DNA from: Chiloscyllium plagiosum | Lineage: Eukaryota | Reading direction: 5' to 3' | Assembly: GCF_004010195.1 (NCBI RefSeq) | Contig: NC_057751.1 | Span: 12,195,508-12,259,507 of the forward strand | DNA: 64,000 bases | Shown here: positions 25,567-38,454 of the stretch, piece after piece | How positions within the stretch are numbered: position 1 is the stretch's first letter | How the letters are laid out: every line of letters begins with the position of its first letter | Notes under the pieces: generated by a model | Databases searched by the model: none | Seen by the model: only the letters and a program-made list of their open reading frames with translations | Told to the model about the DNA's origin: nothing | Position numbers and translations under genes: made by a program

Positions 25567-27300
25567 AGGTCCTTATACAAAACTTGCACCAACCTGATGA
25601 AGATCTCTCCCAGGTCAAACCGCTTCAAAGTATGAAAAAGATATGGCCACTTGACCCTGTCAAATGCCTTTTTCCACATCTAAGGAGATCACCAATCCCT
25701 GTACTGATCGCTGTCGACATACATGGATCATGTCAAGTAAACTCCTGATATCATCCATCGATCTGCGACCTTTTATGAACCCTGTCTGGTCCTCCTTAAT
25801 GATGGAGGGTAGTATAGTTTCCAGCCTTAATGCCAGCATCTTAGATAGAATTTTGAATTCGATTCAGGAGTGAAATGGGCCTCTAGGACCTTCCCTTTTT
25901 AAAGAATGCAAGAGATGTTCACCTCTCTTAAAGATGGTAGGAGGAAGCCACGACTATGTGAGTCATTAAACATACTAAACATACTAGGGCAGTATACGTA
26001 TAAATTCGTTCTAGAACTCACTGGGGAGCACGTCAGGACCCCGTGCCTTTCCATTCTGAAGCTTCCTCACAGCCTCCTGCACCTCTTGCTCTGACAATGG
26101 GGCATTGAGGAGAAACTCTTATTCAGGGGTCGCTCCAGAAGATCCAAATTCTTTAAAAAAGATTCCATCCTAACCCGCCCACTGTCACAGCTTTCAGAGT
26201 GGTATAAAGTTTGGTACAATTAAAATTTCCTGAATGCTGCATTGATCCTTTTAGAATCATAGCTTAAATTTCCAGTGTCCTTTTTGATCAAGGTAATGGC
26301 TCAGGGGCAGTCCTTTTCCTTGCAAGGTACGCTAGGTACTTGCCCGGCTTATCCCCATGCTCAAACAGCCTTTGACTTGCAAATGTAAGCTCCCTCTTGG
26401 GTGTCCGTGTGAGCATGGAGTTCAGCATAGACCAAAGCACTGTGGTCCTCTGCAGTTTAACCCGTGAGGGCCTCTCAAAGTATGCCTTTTCAGCTATTTT
26501 CAAACATGTCTTAAGCAAGCGTTACTGCTCATCCATCTGCCACTTCTGACTGGCTGAATACAAAATAACCAACTCTTCAGCATAATCTTTAGCTGTTCCC
26601 CAAAGAATGGATGGGCTACTGGCCGAGCCTGAATTTGTATCTTAAAAAGCCCTGATTTTAGTAGAAAAGAATTCAATAAATTTGCTATCCTTGAGGATGA
26701 AGGGGTCCAGTCACCAGTGCCTCGAGCCTACCACAGTATTCTTACTCTTAACCATTAAAACACAGGGGTGTGATCAAAAATGAAAAATAAACCCGGTCAT
26801 ACCCATTGTGTTGCAGCTTCAAATGCTCTGCATCATCCAAGTGCGTTTCTTTTAATAAGGCAACATCCACCCTCTCTTGTTTAAGGCTGGAAAGTACCTT
26901 CTTCCTCTTGATAGGCAAATGACTCCCCTTAACATTCCCGGTGCACCACGTAAACACATCCTCAGCCACAACATTCTATAGCGCCATTTAGACTCCAGAG
27001 AGGAAGAACCTGAACTACATATCACTGAGCTTTAATGCAAAAGTATCCACAAAACCCAAAAACTACATAGATTAAAATAACTACAGCCAATAAATCTAAA
27101 ACACATACAAAACGTATATCTTGCAAAAACAGAAAAACGCCAAAGGTAATGATTAGAGGAATATATCCTCCATTCAAAGGGGGTACTTACACATTCTCCA
27201 ACCCTACTAACCATCCTAACTGCCCTCTCAATTCCCACCAGCTAGGGTCACACCACATACACCGACCAACCAGCAGAGAGAAAAAACACCACCAAGAATA
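25567..27300 (-). mobile_element. L1/Tx1-type LINE ORF2, 5' half (APE endonuclease to RT N-terminus), internally deleted
   Basis: NVKG...VDVALLKETHL (26748..26969), FEHGDKPGKYLA (26288..26518), KAFDRVKWPYLF...LVQVLYKD (25455..25679). Confidence 0.85.
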
Positions 27301-27984
27301 AGGTGAGTACTATCGACATGAATAAAAATTGCTTGGGCCAAGCACAGACAGGTGGGACTAGTTTTGTTTGGAATCATGGTCAGCAGGGACTGGTTTGACC
27401 AAAGGATCTGTTTCCTTGCTGTTTAATTCTATGATTCTCATCTTAATTTTCAGATCAGTGGAATAAATCTCAAAAGATTTTAGCAGACACAATTCATTTC
27501 CAAATCTTAAATATAAAAGCGATCAATGAAAAGAATAGTTGTAATTTCAAAAAAACGTTTCAATAATTGGTATGGAATATTTAAGAATTGTGGGGAATAA
27601 AATCCTTTAAAATATCGAACTTCACTCCAACTCATTCTTGACTGATCAGATTCCATTTTAAATCATTCCAGGTAGTGGAGAAGGCAGGTGACTAAGGAAG
27701 AGGGTTGGTCTGGAAATCCAAGGAGACTCTGTCTCAATTTTGTCAGTATTTTGCTTTTAACACATGATGACTAAGTTTCCTGGGCATAGAATTCCAGCAC
27801 GATAAAGGAAGAGTGAATGGTTTCATCTGTGAAGTGAGTACCTTTGCAGCACTGCTTGAGGGTCAGAATGAGTTTTGTTCAGGCTGAACGAACAAGATCA
27901 GTTCCTTCAGACAAACAGTTTTCAGCTGGGCTGCTCCCAACCACTCCCACTCCTTACTGAAATCTCTGATCCCAAGTCTCATAT

Positions 27985-27985
<1 letters not shown>

Positions 27986-28027
<42 letters not shown>
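27986..28027. repeat. (CA)n microsatellite
   Basis: Perfect ac run of about 21 units. Confidence 0.98.
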
Positions 28028-28029
<2 letters not shown>

Positions 28030-28159
28030 CCACCCTTTGCTAGAATCCTTCTTCCAATAAGAACCCACTACTTCCAACTGCCCCAGCAGCGTCCCTGTTC
28101 CCATCTCAAGAAATCCCTGACACACTCTTCTCTGTCTCCAACAATAGTTAACAGTCTTT

Positions 28160-28495
28160 CTTGGTTGGCACAGTGACTCAGTGGTTAGCACTGCTGTCTC
28201 ACAGTGCCGGGGAGCTGGGTTCAGTTCCATCCTCGGGCAACTGTCTCTGTGAAGTTTGCATATTCTCCCTGTGTCTTTGTGCTGGTGCTCCAAATTCCTC
28301 CCACAGTTCAAAGATGTCCAAGGTTGGCTGTGCTAAACTGTGCTTAGTGTCCCGGAATGTACAGACCAGGTGGACTTGTCATGGCAAATGCAGGTTTAGA
28401 GGGCTGTGAGGGGTGGTGTCTGAGTGGGATGCTCTTTGAAGGGTCAGTGTGGACTGAAGAGCCTGCTTCCACACTGTAGGGATTCTATGATTCTT
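28160..28495 (+). mobile_element. HE1-type V-SINE, diverged
   Basis: cagtggttagcactgctgtctcacag...gggttcagttcc...gtttgcatattctccctgtgtct...ccacactgtagggattctatgattc. Confidence 0.85.
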
Positions 28496-29269
28496 TCAAT
28501 CTTACTTGCTATCACACTGAAAACCAGCTGGTGGTACTTAAAAGTCATCTTCCAGTCAACCTCTGGATATGGAGACAATGCAGTTGTTTTGGATATCTCG
28601 GGCATTGCAGTCAGAAGTGACAAATCCACAGATATCAAGGTTTAATATCTTCTCACCAGCGAAATTGTGCCTGTTGCCAGCACAACAAATACTTTGCAGC
28701 AGTGCTTAATGACATTTCTTCAGTACAGATTTGTTTTGTCTTCTGCATCTTCTGAATTGAATGAGCAATACTGTCCAAGCTGCAGAGTAATGTATTTAGC
28801 AGAAGTGCACTTCTGAAAGGAAGCCAAGCAATTTATCATCCCTTTCTGCAAATGTCATAATGCTTGAAGTCCCACCTCATCAATGACTTGCAAGATACCA
28901 CCCATTCTAGTTTAAAGCACCTTCTGTTTTGTCATACGTCATTCTCCCAAAAGAAATAAACAGTGTTAATAATATTTTAATGGTTTGCAATCCACATCAA
29001 TCAAACTGATCATAAATGTCACTTTTAGCAGCACTTTATCATTCTTATTACCCTCTTCGAACACTGCTCTTGTGAGGTCATCCACCTATATTTAACCTGC
29101 ATGCAAAGAAAAGCTGGGAAACAACAAGCTTTGTCCAAAATGTACGTTCAGTGACAAAAAGGGATGGTAATTGGAAAGACAAAATTCATGCGTGAGTTCT
29201 GAGCTGATTCATCAACTATTCAGGGGAAGAGGTTGCATCGTGTAATGTCACCAGAATAATAATCCAGCT

Positions 29270-31443
29270 AATAATAATGACATTTTGGCTATTACAAAAA
29301 CTTGACTGAGGGAAGGACAGGACTGGCAGCTCAATATTCCAGGTTTCAGATGTTATAGAAAGGATAGAAAGAGAGGCAACAGAGATGGGGACGTGGCATT
29401 TCTAATGAAGGAAATCTTTACTCCTGTAATTCAAGAAGATATTTTTGAGAGATCATTTATGGTTTGAAATTAGAAATAAGAAAGGGATGATCACCTTGAT
29501 GAGATTGTACAATAGGTCCCCAAATAGTCAGAAGGAAATTGAGAAGCAGACATGTAGAGAGATCGCAAATATATGTAAAAGTAATAAGGTTGTAATAGTA
29601 GGGAATTTTAATTTTCCAAACATTGACTGGGTCTGCCATAGTGTTAAAGGCCTGGATGATGAAAAATTCGTTAAATGTGTTGAAGACAATTTTCTTTGTC
29701 AGTATATAGATGTTCCGAATGGAGAAGAAGCAAAACTTGACCTTCTCTTGGTAAGTGACTAAAGTGTAAGTAGCGGAACACTTTGAGACAAGTGATCGTG
29801 ATATTATTAGTTTTGAAATAGTTGCTGAAAAGTATAAATTTTCAATAAAAGTTGAAGATTTTAATTGGAGTAGGCAAATTTTAAGGGTATGAAACAAGAA
29901 CTTAAAAAGTAGATTGGAGTAGACTGTTCACAGGTAAAGGGATGACTGACAAGTGGGAGGCCTTCAAAAGTGTGATAACAAGAGTTCAGAAGCATTATGT
30001 TCCTGTTAGAGTGAAAGGTAAGGCAGGCAAGATGAGGAAAGAATGGATGAATAATGGTATTAAAGTTCTAGTTCAGAAAAAAGAATAACACATTAGATAT
30101 AGTAAACTGAGATCAACTGAATCTTTTGAAGAGTATGAACAATGTAGGGGCATTCTTAAGAAGGAAGTCAGGAAGGCAAAGAGGGAATATGAGATAGGCT
30201 TGGCTAATAAGTTAAAGATAATGCAAAAACATTCTCCAAATACAGTAAGAGCAAGAGACTAACTAGAGAGAGAGAGAGAAAATAGGACCCATTAAAGATA
30301 AACAAGGTTGTCTGTGTTGAACTTCAGGAGATGGGAATGATATTAAATGAATATTTTGCTTCAGTTTTTACTGTAGTGAAAGAAATGGAGGCTGGAGGAC
30401 TCAGTGAAATAAATATTGATGTTTTAAAACAATTCACATTTCAGAAGAGGAACAGCTGGATGTGTGAGAAAACATAAAGGGAATACATTTCTGGGACCTG
30501 ATCAAAAGTATCCCAGGATGTTATGGAAAGTTAGGGAGGAATTTGCAGGGCCCCAAGCAGAAGTATTTGTATCATCCAGAAGGTGAAGTGCCAGAGGACT
30601 GGAGCATGGCTAATGTTGTGCCATTACTTAAGAAAGTAGAAGCCTGGAAATATCAACCTGTGAGTCTGACATCAATGTTGGTTAGTTGTTTGAGGTGATT
30701 CTTAAAGATAGGATTTACATGTATCTGGAGAGGCAAGGAATGATTAGGGACAGTCAGCATGGTTTTGTGAAAGGAAAATCTCACAAACTTAATTCAGTTT
30801 TTTAATGGTAACCAAAAAGATTGATGAGTGCAGAGTGGTAGACCCTAATTACTTAGACTTCAGTAAAGACATTTATAAGGGAGACTAATTAGGAAATTTA
30901 AATTACATGGGATTCAGGGTGAGCTTGCTAATTGGATAAAAGATTGGCTTAATGACAGGCGACAAAGGGTGATAATGATGGGTTGTTTTTTGGAATAAGG
31001 CCTGTGACCAACGGTGTTCCATGGGGATCGACACTGGGTCCACTTTTGTTTGTCAATAATTTAAATCGTTTAGATTGGAATGCAGACAGTATGGTTACTA
31101 AGTTTGCAGATGACACCAGAATTGGTGTATTGTTGACAGTGAAGGTGGTTATCTAAAATTACAAAGAGATCTTGATCAATTGGGTGAATAGGCTAAGGAG
31201 TGGCAGATGGAGTTTATTTTGGATTTTGGTAATGCAACAATGACAGGACTTATGCAGTTAACGGTAGTGCCCTGGGTAATGTAGTCGAACAGAGAGACCT
31301 CAGGGTTCAGGTACATAATTCTTTAAAATTTGAATCGCAGGTAGACAGGGTGATTAAGAAGGTATGTAGCTCTCTTGCCTTCATTGCTCAGACCTTTGAG
31401 TATAGGAGTTGGGACATCATGTTGAGGTTGTACAGGACATTAG
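29270..31443 (+). mobile_element. CR1 LINE ORF2 (endonuclease to late RT), decayed
   Basis: VGNFNFPNIDW...LDLLL (29445..29762), cagcatggtttt (QHGF), aagtttgcagatgacacc (KFADDT); ends at gttgtacaggacattag. Confidence 0.85.
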
Positions 31444-33403
31444 CTGATAGAATGAATGAATTTATTTGGTGGCTTCTCGGGTTATAAGATCAATTTTGCG
31501 AAATCAGAAGCCATGCCCATGGGTGGTCTCCCGAGAGTGCCTGATTCTGAGGGCGGATCTCAGTTCCCCATAGATGGTCGCAGGAGGGCTTACTCTACTT
31601 AGCTACATTTATTACTCTCATTTTTGATCAGCTATTTAAAGCCAAATTTGCTTATTTATTCTACAGAATCTTTCTACAGCAGGACCTTTGTAGATGGGAG
31701 GCGCTTCTGATGTCTTGGTTAGGTCAGATAGCCCTTGTTAAAATGAACATTTTGTCTCGCCTGTTGTATCCCATGTGAATGCTGTCTCTCCTTTTTACTC
31801 CGCAAATATTTAGAAGACTGAACGGCTGGTCCAGTTCTTTTATCTGGTATCACAAGCAGCCCCTAATTAAATTGACTAAATTGCAGTTACCTTGCAGAGT
31901 GGGAGGAGTGGGCCTCCCAGATATCAAAAACTATCAGTTCAGCTCATTGTTATCTTATGTGAATGATTAGGCCCGGGGCCTCAGTCACTATGGTTGGACA
32001 TCGAAGCATCTCAGGCGAGAAACCCCCTTGTTGATCTGCTGTTCTTAGACAAAATGAGAACAGTTAAGGAATATTGCCATAGCCCAATAGTCATCAATAC
32101 TGTCAAGGTGTGGAGGGCAATGTGTCAGGGTGAAGGCAATATTGCTAAAACAGCATTTTTGACACCCATAATTGCTACTCTGGGATATCAGCCAGTGATG
32201 ATGGATTCTGGGTTTAAACTATGGGCAGCTCAGGGTGTGTCTTGCCTGGGTGATTTATTCGAAGGGGACATATTGATATCCTTTTACCAGATGGTTCAGA
32301 AATATGGATTGCCCAATAAGGACCTCTTCTGTTTCTTTCAAATTAGAAACTTTATACAAAAAGAGACTTCTAACTGATTCTTACAGGTCCAACATTGAGA
32401 AGAGGGTGTTGAATGTTGAGGGCACATTATCTGTTAGCAACATATCATCTATTGGGAGAGGGTCCCTTGGATGAGACTGAATGGCTCTGTCAGGTATGGG
32501 CAAGGGGGTTGGATGTTGAGATCTGTTTTGAAGTATGGGAGGATATCTGGGAAAATGCAAGAAGGATTTCGATTTGCAACAGGACCCTCACCTTGCAATT
32601 GGAGATTCTCCACAGGCTCCATTTGGCCCCAGACCACTTCGCTAAATTTAAAGCGGGAGCATCTCCAATATGTCCTAAGTGTAAAGTGAGCATGGGCACA
32701 CTTACTCATTGTCTTTGGTCCTGCCACAAACTGTGGGCATAGTGGCATAGTGGAGCATTGTGGTAGGCGAGATTGAGAAGGCCTTGGGGTTGGAAGTGGA
32801 GATGAACCCGGTGTCTCCTCTTCTTGGGTTTGTTAATTCACTTTCATTAGATGCACACAAAAAAAAGGCTTTTCAGTATCCTCACTTTTTGTGCCAGAAA
32901 GAACATTCTATTACAGTGGGTCTCGGAAAATCCCCCAGGGCTGGCTGGCTGGTGTAAGCTAGTCATGGAGCACATCCCCTTGGGCTTTCTGACGAGTATG
33001 GTGCACCATAAAACTGAGAATTTCTATAAGATGTGGTGGCCTTTTTCACTACCTGAGTATAAATTTGTCCGCCATACTAATAAAAGCCTTAAAATAGCCA
33101 TAGCAATTCTATGTCATAAATCTGGTATCCAGAGACAATGAACTTTGAACTTATGAATATGTATAAATGTATGCGCTTGATGATCGAGGGCTATTGCTTT
33201 GTTTTGCTGAGCTGTATTATGGTTATTATTATTATTATTATTATTGTTAAGATTTTCCTTTTTTAGTTTAGATTTTCGTTATTATTTATTTATGCAATTT
33301 GTGGGTTCGTTTTTTAACATTGGTTTGAATTGTTTGGTTTTTTATTTGTTGTAATATTCAAAAGAAAAAAGTTCTTTTTTTAATAAAAATATATTTTAAA
33401 AAA
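31444..33403 (+). mobile_element. L1/Tx1-type LINE ORF2, 3' half with C-terminal zinc knuckle, 3' UTR and A-rich end
   Basis: FGGFSGYKINFAKSE at the start; GGVGLPD (31779..31970); CPKC...THCLWSC (32413..32742); T-rich UTR; AATAAA at 33382 and A-run to 33403. Confidence 0.85.
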
Positions 33404-34290
33404 GCAAGTTTGCAAATGACACTAAGATTGGTGGAGTTGCAGATAACGAAGGGGACTGTCGAAGAATGCAGCAGAATAAAGATAGATTGGAGAGTTGGGC
33501 AGAGAAATGGCAGATGGAGTTCAATCCAGGCAAATGCGAGGTGATGCATTTTGGAAGATCCAATTCTCGAGCTAATTATACAGTAAATGGAAAAGCCCTG
33601 GGGAAAATTGATGTACAGAGAGATCTGGGTGTTCAGGTCTATTGTTACTCTGAAGGTGGCAACACTGGTCGATAGAGCAGTCAAGAAGGCATACAACGAG
33701 TTGGTGGGTCCTTGCAGTTGTATAGGACTTTGGTTTGCCCACATTTGGAATGTTGCATACAGTTCTGGTCACTCCATTACCAGAAGGATGTAGATGCTTT
33801 GGACAGGGTGCGGAGGAGGTTCATCAGGATGTTGCCTGGTATGGAGGGCACTAGCTATGAAGACAGGTTGAGTAGATTAGGATTATTTTCATTAGAAAGT
33901 CAAAGGTTGAGCGGAGACCAGATGGAGACCTACAAAATCGTGAGAGGTATAGATATGGTGGATCGCAAAAAACTTTTTCCCAGAATGGGGGACTCAATTA
34001 CTAGGGGTCACAAGTTCAAGGTGAGAGGGGAAAAGTTTAAGGGAAATATGTGTGCAAAGTTCTTTACGCAGAGGGTGGTGGGTACCTGGAACGCGTTGCC
34101 AGCAGAGGTGGTAGAGGCGGGCACAATAGCACAATTTAAGATGTATCTAGACAGACACATGAATGGACAGGGAGCAGAGGCATACAGATCCTTGGAAAAA
34201 TGCTGACAGGTTTAGATAAAGGCTGTGGATCAGCACAGGCTTGGAGGACCGAAGGGCCTGTTCTTGTGCTGTAATTTTCTCTGTTCCATA
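33404..34290 (+). mobile_element. CR1 3' fragment
   Basis: WAEKWQMEFNPGKCEVMHFG (33466..33675) and LECCIQFWS...WNALP (33712..34206). Confidence 0.88.
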
Positions 34291-36659
34291 TGTGATGCAA
34301 ACTTCAAAAATACTCTGATCAATCTTCAATATTCTGTCACTTCTGAAGAGTATGCAAGTGAGGAACCAATCGTGTTAGTTTGAAGTTCTTACAAGTCAGT
34401 AAGTTTAGACTCCAGATTGTTCCCTCTGAAGAGAGATTGAACCTTTTGGAGTTTAGAAGAATGAGAAGTGATTGTTAATTGGTCAATATTCATCTGGTAA
34501 AGTCGGATGCAGGATTGCTGATCTATCTTCCACATTTGTCCATTAATGTAGATTGCTACCTTCTTTGAGAAATCAGCTCTTCAGGTGGAAACTGTTTTTT
34601 AAAAAATGAACTCAACTATGGAAACTGCTTTTTTTCAATCAACCTGTTTAGAAATGCTGTGGCACACCTCTGAATAGGACGGGACTTAAACCCAAGTCTC
34701 CTGGCTCTGAGTTAGGGTCACTACTACGGCTGGTATCATTGAAAAAATATTCACAAGAGTGGCGTCAGCATCATACATTCAACATTTACCAAGAATCAGA
34801 TTCCCTTGTATAGGTTTAGCTGTGAAGTATGACCTAAAGAAACACATCTGCAGTTTGGATATAAACAACAAGATGGCCACCACAACGAGAGATGGCATTT
34901 TGTTACACTGAAGCACAGAATACTGCCACATTCTTCAGAAAATGAGTGGGCTCCTTACTGACTATTTGTCAGATATGCTGCATTAATACATGCCTCAAGA
35001 AAAATTATTAGAACAAAACACCAGAGGTCATTTGAAGTGGATTCCTCAACTGTCCTGTTACAGGAGACCCCATGTGGGCACGTCCATGTAGTGGTCAGCT
35101 CAAAAATAATGTCTTCAAACTAGACAATTAAGTGTTAATCATTAAAGATTAACTGGACATGACAATGAGCAATTGGAGACAAGTGGAAGCTTACTGGCCT
35201 AGCGTAACAACAGCTCATTTTGGCTGCATAACCCTGATTGGTTCCCATAGACTTCCTTTTACATGGTTGACATTATGATTATGCTCAACTTATTGTCTGC
35301 ACAATGGAGAACAGTATGAATATCAGGGACTCTGTCACAGTCATCAGATGTCACCTTGTGCAGGGGCTGCGAACGGTGCCAGGAACTTCGAGTTCTCCTG
35401 ACAAGCTGGGCAGAATGCAGTGAGACTTGTTACTTTACTCATAACTATTTGCTCATAAATGTGTTAACCCAGTTGCACAGCCCCTATGTATGTATACTCT
35501 GTAATTCAAGTTTATAGACTCACTCGTTAGTTTGCACATGTATATATTAAGTAGATTAAATATGCTTTTACACCAAAGTGCATGTACATTCTTGTAATCA
35601 TTTTGATCAGACTTTAAAGAACCTAGGAGGTACTTTCAGCCTAACAAGATAGTCCAGCACTAGTTACAACATTGAGATAGGGAGCATGAACCCATACTTT
35701 TCACTGATGCCCAAGGGAATACACATGTCAATTCTCTTCTTATTTGAGATCAGCAGTCTGGATGCTGATCGAGAGTAGAGACTATGAACCTGCTGGTCTG
35801 CTGTGCATTGGATGATCACATGCAAACTTACTGAAATAAGCCATGGCTACCCTGTAAAGATATTTGTAATTGTGAAAGATGTTTCCATTGTGATTTCTAT
35901 GCTTCGAGTAGCAAATGGTGAACAGATGAAATCTGCTGGCAATTACCCGTGTCGCTGTTTTCAGCATAAAATATGGTTGAATGTTATAAACCAAATCAAA
36001 CACATGTTTTAAATGTCCTGAAGCATAGCTGCACTCTAATTTACGCGGCAGTCCTCTCCTTTGCCTCTATTAAGCACCATTAGCTTCAAGATAATAAGAG
36101 AAATATTGTTAAGATTGCTTTACTGTGTTCGATAGAAGCAATATGCTGAGTTATGCAAAATTAATTTTTGAAATAGATTTCCTATCTTGAGCAACTTTAC
36201 AGGAGTTTGAAGCAATTTACAGTTAGTTATACTTTCCACAATGCAGTTAAAATACAATATGCTTTTCAAAGTCACTGAAACAAATGCTTTTGTACATTGG
36301 TCAGCTCTGCGTTATCTGACAAATTGTGACAAGTTTTGATGCTATCTCTGTGTTGCCAAACTCATTTTTCTCTCCTTTGCTAAGCCAGAGCACTTGACCC
36401 ATTTTGACCACAGCAAAAACTTGCCACATACTTTGAACCAAGAGCACTCCAGAGGTCAATTAATGGAAAAATGAAATTGCATGAATTTGAATCAAATGAC
36501 ATGGATTCAATGTTGACACATCATAGCGCGAAAAGCAAAACACTGTGCATGATCATAACCTACAAGAAAATACTCAGAAACTAAAAAAAGTTCTGGGATT
36601 TACATGTGAAAGTATTGAAACCAATATGCCCATGCTAAAAGATGAGAGACTTAACAAAC

Positions 36660-36870
36660 AATCCGGGTTTTTTTCAATATATAATTTCAGTTACATCACA
36701 CTGTAAACTTTTGCTATAAATTCTGTGTCCTACGATCTTATACTCCCCAACCACCTGATGAAGGAGCGGCTCTCCGAAAGCTAGAGCTTCCAAATTAACC
36801 TGTTGGACTATAACCTGGTGTTGTGGGATTTTTAACTTTGTACACCCCAGTCCAACACTGGCACCTCCAG
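36660..36870 (+). mobile_element. Family-B PLE terminal repeat
   Basis: Reverse-complement homologue of 5003-5160: ttttgctataaattctgtgtc...cctgttggactataacctggtgttgtg...gtacaccccagtccaacac. Confidence 0.8.
36752..36786 (+). ncRNA. Minimal type I hammerhead ribozyme motif (family B)
   Basis: CAC CUGAUGA A GGAG-CGGCU-CUCC GAAA GCUA GAG. Both core boxes are intact, with a 4-bp stem II, palindromic AGCU stem III and predicted CUA cleavage triplet. Stem I has one mismatch in this copy. Confidence 0.7.
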
Positions 36871-38300
36871 CTCAGAGAATACTTAGTAGATTGGGCAGCA
36901 CATGTGGACAGAGAAACAAAGCTAAACTTCACATGTATGTTGTGACGAAAGGCCACCAACTTGAAATGTTAATTCTGGTTCTCTCTCTGCAGATGCTGCT
37001 TGGTCTGAGCTTTCTGAGCTTTTTCTTTAAATCATACTGATTAATGCTGATTGCAATCTTTTATAGGTTTACATACTTCTGTTTATATTTTGAAGCTGTT
37101 TGTTGTTGCATGAAACATTAACTGAAACATTAAAATGAGTTACAGGGCCAGTTTGTATCCAAAATAAAATAATGATTAACCTGTCCCTCCAAGAAAAGAA
37201 AAGCAACTTTACGATGATCACCACAAGATAGTGAAAGTTCGCAAACTTTCACTTGAACAAATCTGACAAACTTTCTCTTGTGTTAACCTTCAATCAAATG
37301 ATGTTTTCACTAAATATGACATTATTACAAGACAAAACTTTGAAACAAAGTTATCATAGTATCAGATAGGTATCTTGGAATTCACTTTCAGAAAAGGTAG
37401 CAAAGGAACAATAACTGAAGCATTCAATATAATTTGTGTCCAGTATTTCTTAAAATTCTTGGTATTTGTGGAAAAGATGAAATGAGATACCTTTGGGCAA
37501 GCCACTTTTGCCTACAGGCAATGTGAAATTGGGTTCCATATTGTGATGGGTTATATTAGGTCTTATTCATTGAGAATGCATGTCTAGGAATGGCTGGTTG
37601 GCTCTGGATGGTTTCACGGCTGTTACTTCTGACAATACTGCCAATGGTAGAGCTTTGAGCTTGAACCATGCATTTGAAAATCAGCTGGTCAAATCACGAG
37701 CACTGCACATAGTGAGCTTCTGAAAACTACTTTGTTCTTTGGGTTTGGAATTTGTCCTGAAGTTTTGGCATCCATTCATCCCTGGGCCAAAGGTAATGCA
37801 AGAGGAACAGGCTCTGTATCAGCGCTAATATTTGCTCTGGTTGTGAGCTAATCTGGAAGAAATAGTCTTACAGTATGAAGTAGCACCAGCTACAGTGCAA
37901 AAGCAGCTGTTGGCAGAGCTTGCCAGAAATAAAAACCAAGAGCAATGATTAAAATAGACTGACAATCCATGAAGGCTAAACCCAAAGACCTAATGAGTAA
38001 AATCACTCAAATCTTTCTGCCTGGAAATGTTGCCTCAGCATGACTTCTAAGTAGATGTACAAAAAAAACTTAAAAGCTTGCAAATGCGAACAATCTTGCT
38101 GTGTTTTGTCATACAGATTAATTCTCCTGTAAACGTCTACGTTTCATTCAATTCTCATCGATGCTGGTGTCTTCTGCCAATTTTAGTTTATTTGAATTGA
38201 AAGCACACATTGCCAAACATGTTATTCCTTCAATTATGTTTGGGGTTTTAATTCTCTCCCTTGCTTGACACTAGGTCAAAATACAATATGAAGAACCCAC

Positions 38301-38454
38301 CTGTTCCAAAAGGTGCCTCCTCTCCCAGCAATAGCCTGCACCTTTTAGCATGAATTTTGCCTTGGTAATGTGACTGTGCCACCACAGCAGAGGTAAATGA
38401 CATATTACAGAGTGTGCAGCATTTGTTCTTGTCCACATCTCCATCATCACTTCC
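38301..38454 (-). CDS. ZMAT4: ZMAT4 internal coding exon ([51 protein letters not shown])
   Basis: Overlaps ORF 38248..38436 and matches the ZMAT4 second finger. Acceptor ttccttcattcag|GGA at 38455/38454 and donor ACAG|gtgggt at 38301/38300. 154 nt, phase 0-1; it splices in frame (G|AA = Glu) onto the 2710 exon. Confidence 0.93.
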
